Of a stretch of 64,000 nucleotides of DNA, positions 29,201-41,200 are shown piece by piece; the stretch's first letter is position 1, and each line of letters begins with the position of its first letter. The notes beneath the pieces were generated by a model. It did no database searches and was not told the DNA's origin. It was given only the letters and a program-made list of their open reading frames with translations. The stretch is from Thalia democratica (lineage: Eukaryota), in NCBI GenBank assembly GCA_965202585.1, contig OZ241834.1, forward strand, positions 31,000,001 to 31,064,000, in the 5' to 3' direction. Made by a program: the position numbers and the translations under genes.

Positions 29201-32200
29201 GTACATCTGTTTTTTTGTTATATATTAAGTTGACACAATTTTATTATAATGTTATATTAAAAAGTACATAGCTTTATTTGGTGACAAAAAATATATTTAG
29301 AAACATGGTGTTATATTTTTTAAATGCTTAAAGTGTTTTACGGAGTAAGGTAGTTTAAAGAAAACACTAATTTATAAATATTATAAGATTGTTTTAACGG
29401 TTAGATATTTCTAAGACTTAGCACATTGTTTTGTTTTTCTCTAGCGATTGATTTGAAGCCTAACAACTTAACTACTAATTCTATTTTCATTTTAACATTT
29501 TTAAACTCAGCGTTACAAATTTTCAAATATATCAAAAACAAAAACAATAAAAATAATTTAAATTGTTATAATATATAACAGTAAAGTTTAAAAGTAGAAA
29601 AACCAGTTAATACAGCTGTACTTCAACCTCAAACTACAATTAAAACTGTTTACCAAACTACTTAGTATACTCACCTAGCACCAAAACTTCGATTTTGTAA
29701 GTGTTGCTTCCGTGCGAATTCGAAACAGTCAAGTTCAAAATTCCACTGTCAGTTCTCTGCATCTTCTCTATGGCAATCGATGTGTGGTTCGCACCAGAGG
29801 TTATGATACACCTCTTGTCATCTGAAATACGTTTAATAAAACCTTGGTAAGTATAAGTTTTTTTTTTGCTATTTCTTTACCGTCTGAATTTCTTACCTGA
29901 CAGCAGCTTGTCGTTACGCGACCATTTTACGCTTGGCCTTGGATTTCCACGAATTGGTACGGAAACGCTTAATGTGTTGTTTGCTTTAACCTTGACCAGT
30001 TTGTAGCCAGACACATCAGCAGTCGGTTTTTCTGCAAGCATAAATGGAAGTTTAGTATAGTTTGAAGTTTGTAACAAAAAATTTCAAACAACAAAAACTA
30101 CTACCTCTATGGTCTTTAGCCTTAAAAGATAATATATTAGCAATAAAAATGTCTCAAACCTGTGTAATCTTTAGTGTGGATGTTTGTTACTGCAATACAT
30201 GGAAGTCCTTGTCCAATTTCGTTTACAGCTTTTACACGAACATCGTACTTACAATCTTCGACTAAACTGCTGATTTCATAGACAAATTTCTCATCTAACT
30301 TACAGCTTTCATCGAAAGCACTTATTTCTCCACTGACATTCCAGTCTTCTTCTTCAAACTTACTTGCTTCTATAACGTATGAAGATATTCTACTACCTCC
30401 ATCGTATTCTGGTTTGTCCCAAGATACTTTGATCGTTGTTTTCGTAATCTACAAACAATAAAAAAAGAGTTTTAAAAAATCAAACTTGAAATAAATAGTC
30501 AAATACTTTGGACTTACGTCTTCGACAACTAGATTAAGCGGTGCCGATGGAGCGTTTGTTATCTTAAGACTTTCTTCTGTTTCTCTTGATACTCCGGCAC
30601 CATACTTATTGAAAGCTGTCACGCGGAATTTGTATGTTTTTCCTTGAACAAGCTTGTCAAGCCTGTAAAATGTCCTCGTGCAGTCCGAGCACACGGTAGA
30701 CCACTTCTGTTGTAAAAGATCGCATTTTTCAATGAGGTACCCAGTGAGCTCAGTGCAACCATCGAATTCAGGTTCGCTCCAGCTGAGCGTCACTGACTCT
30801 GATTTTATTTCCTTGTACGCGATGGGTCCGACGGGGCCAGGCACGTCAAACACGTTGACGGTGAACCGGAGCTTCTTGCAACCGGCCGGGTTTTCTATTG
30901 ACACAACGTACTTGCCGGCGTCCTCGCGCTTGATATTTTCCAAGTTCAAGACCGCGTTCGGTCCGGTTGTGTAAGATTGAGAGGAAGTTATTTCCTTATC
31001 GTCTTTGAACCATTTAGCGGTTGGGAACGGTTTTCCGTTGAAACCGGCTTTCAAGCACAGCGATTGGCCGGAGAAAACGTTTTGTATGGACTTGAAGTCG
31101 TCGTCGAAAATAAACTCTGGCTCTTCGAGACGATCGACTGCTTTTATGAAGTCATTACATTCACAAGGTTGGCCTAAACCTGCCTTGTTTATAGCTTTCA
31201 CTTGTAGTTCATAGACTTTGTTATCTTCTAGTCCTTCTACGACCATTTTACAGTCTGTTACTGGTGTCTCATTGACCATGAACCATTCAGCACTGTCTGT
31301 TGCATCAAATTTCTTCTTTTCAACTACATACCCGGTAACTTCACTTCCGTTATCGTTCAGTGGAGCTTCCCAGTCGATTGTAGCCGAGTTCTTTGATGTG
31401 TCAACCAACCTTACAAGACATGGAGGTCCTGGTGGTTTGACTTGTAGTCTGCACTCAATTGGTTTTGACACTAGGCCAGGTAAACTGATACCAGCAGCGT
31501 TTTCTGCGTACACGCGGAACTCGTAAAAGGCTCCTTCGCTCAACCCTATTATCCTGTACTGGGTATCGTTTACAGGCTCCTCGTTACAACGAGCCCACCT
31601 CGACCCTTTGTTTTTGAGCCTTTCAACGTGATAGCCGATAACTTTGCTGCCTCCGTCTTTCTCCGGAGCGTTCCACTTGATGGTGATCGAGTTGAAATGA
31701 GTTCTCGCTTCCTCGGGTTGGCTCGGCGCGCTCGGCACCGAAAACTGGTGGTCCGCGGTCATCTTGGACGAAATGAGGGGATGTCCCGATCCGTACTTGT
31801 TCACGGCGATCACCTTGAATATGTACTCGTGCTTCTGCTTGAGCCCGATGACCCTGCACGTGGTTCCCTGGTTCTCCCTGTTGTGCGCCTTCCAGCTGAG
31901 CTTGTCCACGTCGCAAACGTGCACCTCGTAGTGGAGGATCTCCGACCCGCCGTTGTTAGCGGGCGCGCCCCAGCTGATCGTGCACCCCGTGGGCTTGACG
32001 CCGTCGATGGTAATCGGTCCGGTCGGCTCGGCGGGAACGTCGAGAACTTTGACTTTGATCACCGCCATGGCCTGCCCGACGGAGTTGGTCGCCGTGACCT
32101 TGTACACTCCGCTGTCGAACTTGTTTGCTGTTTCGATCTTCAGCACCGACCCGTCCCTGGAGCTTTGCACGGCGGTTCTCAGGTTCGCTTCCAGCTCGTC

Positions 32201-35200
32201 TTCGTCCTCGTCTTTGATCCACGCGACTTGCGGACGAGGGCTGCCTCTCAGGTTTGCTTTGATTTCCAACGGTCTTCCTCCGTCCACCGTCAGTTCCTTC
32301 ACGTCGAAGGAAATCTTTGGTTCCTGCTCAGGTATCTTGAACTCTATCGGTCCGCACACTTCCGAGGTGGGGCCGCAGACTCCCTTGGAGTTTCTCGCCG
32401 TCACCCTGAAGTCGTAGACGAACGTCTTGGTGAGATCGGAAACTTCCAGTTCTCTTTCCGTTATGACGTCATAGGTGCACATCTCCCACCGGCCGTCGGG
32501 GCTCTTCCGCCTCTCGACGAAGTAGCTGGCGACGGGAGCACCTCCGGTGGACAGGGGCTCGTCCCATGCGAGGAAGATCGACGTCTTGCTGACCTCGACC
32601 ACCCTGAGGTTGAGCGGTTGGCTGACTTGCTCCACGGCGCAGAACGGTCTGCAGTACTCGCTCGGCTCGCTCCACCCCGCCTCGTTTTCTGCGATGACGC
32701 GCACCACGTACGTCAGCTCCTCGATCAAGTCTGTTTAAGAAAATTTGTACAATTTTAAGTTTAAATTTTCTAAAAAGTCTGTTTGTTAAAAGGTTTCAGT
32801 TTTTGTTGAAATCTAACTTTATAATTGTTTTTGCAAAGTATTAAAGTTTAGTTAATTATGTGCTAACCATAGTAAAAAACAATAACATAGCTAAAACATA
32901 GCTAAAACTTTTTTTAAAATAAAAAATACTTAACGTCTTTTTGTAACGTTTTTTAATTTATATAAGCGTTAGTGTGAACTTGACCAGAAAGGTGTTTTAG
33001 AAAAAACAAATTAAATTTTTTTTTGACTTGTTTTAAGTATTGAAATGTACAATTCATTTTCAATTTCATTTAAGTATTATGAAACATGATCATTAATGGT
33101 ATTAAAGAAATTAAAAAGAAATCAAACCTTTAACAACGTATTTGTTCCTTTTAATTGAGTTTTTATTCACTCGTTCCCAATTCACGTTGTTGCGCTCTTT
33201 TATTTCGACAAAGTATCCGTCCACTGCCGGTCCGGACTTGGGTACCGGCCAGCTGATCAACGCTGAATTGTTTGTTATTTGGCTGGCCGTCGGTTTTTCC
33301 GGTTGACTTGGTGCAGCTGTGAAAATTGAGTTACCTTTACGAAGCTTGAAACGGTAGTTTTAAAAGTATTAATTTTCAAACAACATGAATTCACTGTACT
33401 TTCGATAGAAAAAACTTCAACTGACCGAAATCGAAGTCGGGAGTGCACTTGTGCGATACCAAAGGCATTCCGCTTCCGAATTTGTTTTCTGCTGCAACTC
33501 TGAACTGGTAAGGAACATGGCGTTTCAGTCCAGTTACCTGAAGAAATTTTATCATAATTTTTCAAATATTCAACTTAAACACAACCTAAAATGTGCTTAA
33601 CAAGATTTTTATCAGCCATACTGTTCCGTATAAACAAACAATTACTTTTATCCACGTCTTTGAGGTCAGAACGGTAACGGAGGACCAGGTTTCGAGGCTC
33701 GACTCCTTGGACTCCACCGCGTACCCCGTGATAGGGGATCCCCCGTTGTCGAGAGGAGGAGACCACACGATGGTGACCGAGTCAGCTTCAACCGTGGTGA
33801 ACCTGATCGGGCCCTGCGGAGCTCCCGGCACGTCTGTTTGGAGGGTTAAGTGTTGTTCGTTTGAACTAAGTAGACTTTTTTTATTTATTGGTAACAAAAT
33901 TTTTGCGAGACAGTTAGGTTTTAGTACTTTATTCTAGTTTTAAATATGATCAAATAAGTGTAGGTTTGTTTTTGTTTGCGTTAAAAAAGTTCTGTTTGAA
34001 TTGAATTTAAAGTGACTATTAGCCTACTTTTTTTTTTTGAACCTAATTTTTTAAAGTTTTTTTAAACAATAATATTAATATAAATTTGAATACCTATGAC
34101 GTTTAGAACGATCTTGTATTCGTTTTTGCCAATATTGTTAGACAACGAAAGCTTGTATGTGCTGGTGTCTTTCCTCGTTGTGTTTTTTATTTTAATACAA
34201 GCGTGTGTCTTCGTGGACTTTGCGGATATTCTTTCATCTTCTGTTATAAATTTAACTCCAATCAATAAAGTTAACTATAAACAATTAAACTTGAATGCAA
34301 GCAACAACTTATGTAATTGTCAAAATAAACAAAAACTATAATTTTCAACCCTCACCTTCTAACTCGTCATCCCCTTTCTGCCACGAAACAACCGGGATCG
34401 GTTTCCCGCTGATCGGCACCTTCATGTCGAAGACTGATCCCCTCTTCAGCATCACCTTCTTCACTTCGTCCATGTCGGCGGTGGGCGCCTGTGACGTGTC
34501 TCTGACGACCAATGACGTCAGCCTGTCGTTCGTTTCTCCCCCACCCATCTCGTTAACCGCTCTGATCCTCACGTCGTACTTTTCTCCTTCCTCGAGGTTT
34601 TCGAGCTCGCACGACGTGGATTTTCCGTCGACGCGCGCTGAACTTGCGTCATAGCTGTTCAGCTCGGCTTTCGACGCTTCTACGACGTAAGCGGTGACTT
34701 CGCTTCCTCCGTCGTGTCGAGGAACCTTCCATGAAAGCATCACGCTGTTCTTTTTGATCTAAAAATATTTGATCATGTAAATAGATTTGTTTGAATTATT
34801 ATTTTACCAGCTTTTTTTGCATAAAGTTAATTTTATGTCTTACTTTTATTGTTAACTTTTAAAGCCAGGTTGAAATCATTGGGCATCTAAAAAAGTCTGT
34901 CATTTATAGTTTAAACCAGTGGTCGGCACGCCAATTTGAATCCGTGAACCCTAAATCACAAAATTAAAATTTGGTGCACCCCAATTTCCATTTTTTAGCG
35001 CCGCTAGTGTTGAAGAATATGTAAATACTTTAAATCGATTTTTTTACTAATAATTCGGGAACACCCAATTAATTTTTACAAGATAACTTAAAATTGTTCA
35101 CTTTACCCTATCCATTTTAATAAACTTATATCGGTGATCTAATTTTTACAACAATATTTTACTTGTATCACCCAGGTCTAAAATACTAACTAGATTAATT

Positions 35201-38200
35201 TAATACATTGCCACAATCCCAATTAACAATCAGCAGTCTTGGTACTTTTTATTGCATGGTAAATTTAATTATTTAGTTAACTCTACTTAATGATTTTTTA
35301 ATAATCGATTACTATATGTGTTTAACAGATGTATTGCCACGAAAAAATTAAGGAAACAAAAATTACACCAAAAAGTAACGACAAAAAAGACATGAAAATA
35401 TTATCCTAGCTAAATCCGTTTTGTTGATCTGGAACTGTATGTGTTGGTCTTGTTGCTTGCACGAATCTGATCAAACCTAAAATTAAGGTTTTAAAGTTAA
35501 TGCTTAGTAATAATTCAGGTCTTAATGAGGTTTATTGAAAAAATTGCTCAAAAATTATTTTTGGATGAAGGACCTGGATACACAAAAAGACCTCTCGGTC
35601 ATCGAGTTGCATACCCAACTTTAATCAAATTTATAATGAGCTAAAAAATTATAAAAAAACTTAAGAGTTAAAATCAAACTCTAAAACAAAAACTTTTTAA
35701 AATGAGACTATTAAAATTTAAAACATCAACTATTTTTTATGAACAAAAATATCAATAAAAAAAAAATTATATAATAGTATCTAACATCATACACACATAA
35801 AATCTATATTGAACTTTACGTTAAAAGGTAAAGTTTTAACATGAAATGTTTTTAAGTTTAAAATTTATTAATAATTTAATCTTTTACATGTCTTAAAAAA
35901 AAAAATTATAAATATTTAAATTTTAAAAAGTATGTTTAAGAATTTGGACTCTACTATTCAACTTATTAAAATAAGTAAGAATAAAAATGAGCTATAACAT
36001 AAAGAAAATAAAATTACAATGTTCAAAAAAAAAGCAAAACAAAGCTGTTACTAATAAAAACAAGTAATTTTTTAAACTAAATAAAATGTTTATGATTTCA
36101 AAAAAAAACAAGTAAATTAATGAAAATTAATTAAATTTACATATTAATAATTAGATTTTTCTCAAGAGTTATTAAGCACCTATAAAAATGAATAAATCAT
36201 TTTTGTAAAATTTACACTTTAATCAATATTAGTAGAATTGACTTTTAATTTTTTTTAGTGTAATATAAGAGACTAAAATACCAAGAGACCTATTATTCTA
36301 AAACTATCTTACCATAATGAGCTGTTTATTGGAACTGCTACTGGGTTGTGGTTTAACTTGTCAAGTAAGTTCTTCAATTGAGGTATAATGTCTCAGCATA
36401 AGTATCTTTTAAAAAGTTACTTTGCCAAAGTTTTCCAACCTTTAAAATAGCATAAGAGTTATCCAAAGTAGTTTGAGTGTGTGAAAATTTTATCAAAAAA
36501 CTAATGTCATTACTGACTTCTAATCTAGTTTAATCATTATTAAAAAAAAACTTTATAGCTTTAAAAAAATTGTGCTGATTTAACTTACAAAACTTTTTAT
36601 ATCTATAAAAAATATAAATAATCATCTCAAGTAAAACATTTGGTTTAAGATAAGTATTATACAGTAAATTTGATACCTTACTGTAAATATTTAAAATTAT
36701 TTTTGTGTTATATTTTTTTTAGCTTAGTTTAATAAGAGTTATATTTAAAGTCAGAGTTATAGTAAGTAAAAGTTGTAAAATGCAAGAAAAAACTCAAAAA
36801 GACAATCAATAATTCGCTAAGTAAAGAATTTAATTATATTAAGACCAGAGTTGCTTCTCTTTGAAACAAAAAACATTTTTTATTATGTCAAACATTTAAA
36901 GTAGATACTGTTGAATAAGCTTGACAGGATTGTAATCCTTTGGGTTAAAACTGATTTGACAGATCAAGACTGTCCTGAATGACTTTAAACTGAACTGTAG
37001 TCATCTAAGTTTTTTTCATTTTTTTATTTTCAAAGGCAAGAAAAACATATATCTTCAGCAAAAAATACTAAAAGTTACAAAATAATTTAATGGGACTATA
37101 TTAACTATATCTCATTCAAAATGTAGGAAAAAAATGCCTGAAATCTTAAAACTATACTGAGATAAAAAAAACTATCTTGAGTCAGCCTGGGTTTAAAAAA
37201 CAAATTCAAAATTTTCTAAGTTATCTTATGTCATACTGAGATTTTCAAAATTTTTAAATCATCCAGGATTATTCTGATTGTGTGGCAAACTTTTTGATAA
37301 CATGAAATATCAAATTTATAACAAACATACATTTTTAAACTATAGTTTTAAGGTAAAAAGGGTTGTTAATCAAAAATCAAAACCAAGCTCAAGCTCAGGA
37401 AAAGCATTCTAACCTAAAATGGGTATTTTTTTAAATCCTTACTAGTCTGAGTTTTGATAAAGTATCATAATACCTTTAAACTGTCTATATTTTTGCATTT
37501 ACATAATAAAAATACTGAAAAAGATATCAATTAACAGTAAGTTTTCTTTCAAAATATTCAAATTAAGTAAAACAACTGAGGAACTGTACATCATTTTAAA
37601 ACATTTAAAAAAAAACTATTTTCAAATAAGCACAACTAAAACAGAAAAAAAAATAGCTTAACATTTCACAAATAATAAATTTTTGGTTTTTAATATAAAA
37701 CTATAAGTTATTTATAAATTCTAAACAAAATTGTTTAGTCTTTTTTTAAATTTTTGGTAGGCATAAAGAAAGATTTACATCTTAAAAACACATACTATAA
37801 CTCTTCTAACAAAATTATTAAATTACTGCTTAGTATAATTCATAAATTTAAGATCAAGTATTAGCACTGTTGTTACTCTTTGAGTTAAAAAATTATCCTG
37901 ACTCTTAAACTTTGAAATTTTTATAAAACATCATATATAAATATTCAATATAAATAAAGTTTAAAAAACAACTCAGGTTATTCATCAAAATTGGAATTTA
38001 AAAAAAAAAATTTGAAACTACAACAAAGAAATTTCATTTAAAGAAATAGAAAATATTGGAACAAGATTCAAAAAACAAATTATCCTGAGAATTGTAAAAT
38101 ATTTATACTGTCCTGAGTTGCACTAAGTGTAGGACTCTGTAATAGTTACAATAAAACTAGCCTTGGTCATTTTTAGTTTAATAAAGAAAAGAGAAAACCA

Positions 38201-41200
38201 AAGCTCAAAAGTAGCAGTATACTTAAATTAATATTTTGATAAATGACTAAATAAATTTTTTATATTTCAAAAATAAAAATCATACATACATTCAAAGATT
38301 CTACACAAGTCCAAAACTAGACTAACTTTTGCAAGAAAAATAACATGCTTAATAAGACTTTATTTCTAATAAAAAAAAACATTTAGGCTGAGTGTGTGGC
38401 AACCTTGAATCATACAACAGATACAACATATTTTGTTAAACCAACAGATCAAAATAGTTAGTAAATAAAATAATTAAGAGAATAAATTTTTTAACTTTTA
38501 AAGTCAATAAATTAAGTAACAAGTAGTTTAATAAAAAGCATACCTAGCTAGCCTGAGTTTAAGAAAAAAAAAGAAAAGTTCTAGCCATCTTGAGATTTTC
38601 AAAAACTTTTATAAAATTTAAACTATCCTCAGTGTGTGGCAACTCAATGTCAATTTAGCCTATATTTTCTTTTAAACTTTATATGTACTATTCAATTATG
38701 GATAGGTTAATTAATTAATTAATAAAATAAATTCAAAGGTATGATATTTACTTAACTTGTGTTATTCAAAACTTAAATCTGTTACTTAAAACTTGTTCAT
38801 TACTACTTTTATGAATCTATTTAGAATTTTTTTTTAATATACTTTAACTGTTTTTATCTTTTTTAAGTATTTTTATTGAACATAAATTCTTTAATTTTCC
38901 TTTAAGTATAAAAATATTATAATTATCATGTGAATATTTTTAAAGGAATTATTGTTTAGTTTTTAAAGTAGGTAGTATTAATAATTTATAAAAGAAACTT
39001 TCTTCACTAAGCAAAATACTGTAATCTACTAATACTGTAAGTAAAAAGAAAAATACTAACCTTTTAATATATTCATGATCTTAGCTGGATGAAAGCTTCC
39101 TCCACATCAGCCAACTGATTTCACAAGATCTTCGAGTTTTCTCTCTATTCTTTCAGATGCAAACTGCTTCCTCAATGTTGATATAAAGAATGTTATGTGA
39201 TTTTCAATACCAAAATAGATCATGAGAGTAAAATGGCCAATAAATTAAAAGCTAAACTAAACACCAGGGCTAGATTTAACTTAAATATTTAAGTATGTCG
39301 CTTAAACTAAATAAATATAATAATGTAATCTCAAAATTCTGTGCACCCCTAAATGACTTTCGTGTACCCTAAAAGTTTCGTGCACCCCAAAATAAATTTC
39401 GTGTACACTAGTGTGCACCAGTGTACACCGTGCCGACCACTGGTTTAAACTATCTTTAAAGCTTATTAACAAGCGTAATACAAAAAAGTTGTTCAAAACT
39501 AGTTTTCCTGATACTGAAACAAACTTCATCAACGTGGAAATCTCTCGGCGCCGACGGCACCTGGGTGGCCTTGTACGAGCAGTCGGTGGTGCGCTCCTCC
39601 CCGGACCCGTACTTGTTCACTGCGGTGACCCGGAACACGTAGCTCCTTCCCTGCTTAACACCGCCGGTCACCTTCACCATCGTCTTCTCGCAGTCGTTCG
39701 TGACTTTCTCCCACCTCTGCTCCGTCGCCTCCCTTTTCTCCACGACGTACCTCTCGACCATCTCGCCGCCGTCGTGCTCGGGTATCGACCAGTTGACGAC
39801 CATCGACTCCGCCGTGACGTCCTTGCACGTCACAGGTCCGACCCGACCAGGAGCTCCGATGACCTTCACTTTGAAGGACATCTTCTTGGCACCCACTTGG
39901 TTGCTGATCGTCACTGAGTACTTTCCCGCGTCTTGTAACTTGCACTCTTTCAGCTCCAGCGTGGAAGCTTTGTCTGTGCTCGTCACGCTCGAGCTGACGT
40001 CGGCATCTTCCTCGTCTTCGCGTTTCCACTCGACTTTCGGCGCCGGTTTTGCCGTGAAACAGACCGGAATCGTAACGGTCTTACCTTGGAACACGGTAAA
40101 GTGCGTCTTGGTTTCCTCTGAAACGTCAAACTCGGGCTCTTTGTAACTTTCAACGGGCTTGACGAACCCTACGAGCTCGCAAGCCTCGCCTTCTCCAGCC
40201 CTGTTGATCGCCTTGACGCGCATCTCGAAGTTCTGCTCCGGCTGCAAGCCGTCCACGACGATCCTGTTGTCATGGATCGGCTCCTCGGACACCGAAGACC
40301 ACTCTCCGTCGTCTTTGGCAGAGAACATCTTCTTCTCGACGACGTAGCCTATCACCTCGCTTCCGTTGTCGTTCAGCGGCGGTTCCCACTCCAGAGTGGC
40401 CGAAGTGCTCGTCGTCTCCACCAGCCTGACCACGCACGGCGGGCCCGGGGGCACGGGCGGCAGCCGGCACTCGATCAGGTGGGAAACGGGGCTCGGGTTT
40501 CCGCTGCCGGCGCTGTTCACCGCCACGACTCTGAACTGGTAAAAAGCCCCTTCTATGAGATTGGTGATCCTGTAGTGGGTGTCGTCGACGACCTCCTCGT
40601 TGCACCTCGCCCACCGCGCGCCGTTCATCTTCATCCTGTCGACGTGGTAGCCGACTATCTTGCTTCCGCCGTCGCTCTCCGGCGCCTTCCACTCGACGGT
40701 GATCGAGTTAAAGTGCGTCCTCAGGCACTCGGGCTTGCCCGGCGCGCCCGCCACCCCGTACAGGTTCTGAGCCAGCAGCTTGCTCGATTGCAACGCCGGA
40801 CCGACTCCGTACTGGTTGGCCGCTTGCACCCTGAACACGTACTCGCGCCCTTCTACCAGCTTGCCGACTCTTACGGTCCTGTCCGTGCACATTTCGCTGA
40901 CGGTGGACCAGCTCAGTTTGGTCGTGTCGCATTTCGCCACGACGTAGTGCTTCACGTCGGCTCCCCCGTCCAACGCCGGCTTCTCCCAGCTGATCACCAC
41001 GGAGTTGGCTTCCTGCTTGGTGAACTTTACCGGGCCTCGCGGTTGTCCGGGCGTGTCCAGCACCTTGAGGCTGACCGAAGCCGTGGACTCTCCCTTGACG
41101 TTGGTCACTGTGATCTTGTAGGTTCCTGTGAACTCGCGGCTCGCGTCCGACAGCTTGAGCACGGAGCGAGTCCTCGAGTTCTCAATTGAAATTCTGTTTT

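Larger units (their letters stand above)
430..31500 (-). repeat. Homogenised tandem array of ~5-kb genomic super-repeat units (R6-R12), near-identical in most exons, unique in introns
   Basis: The D5a exon (DVPAQPHGRIIFDSIEADNVTIAWQEPLDNGG...) is nearly identical at 3798, 8678, 13466, 18947, 24346 and 29019. D7, D8, D11 and D3b segments are also nearly identical between units, including silent sites. Confidence 0.9.

Noticed and set aside
430-31500. Idea that the near-identical array is a mis-assembly or false duplication
   Set aside because: Every unit has its own intron sequences and lengths and private substitutions, while frames and phases are preserved. Long-read confirmation is still advisable.
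39340-39430. Short spaced repeats resembling a CRISPR array
   Set aside because: Repeats are ~8-10 nt, degenerate and closely spaced; they are transposon subterminal motifs in a eukaryotic intron.
39302-39532. Short ORF at the right end of the hAT element taken as a transposase fragment
   Set aside because: It translates the subterminal repeats and flanking intron; no hAT transposase or BED-finger motifs.
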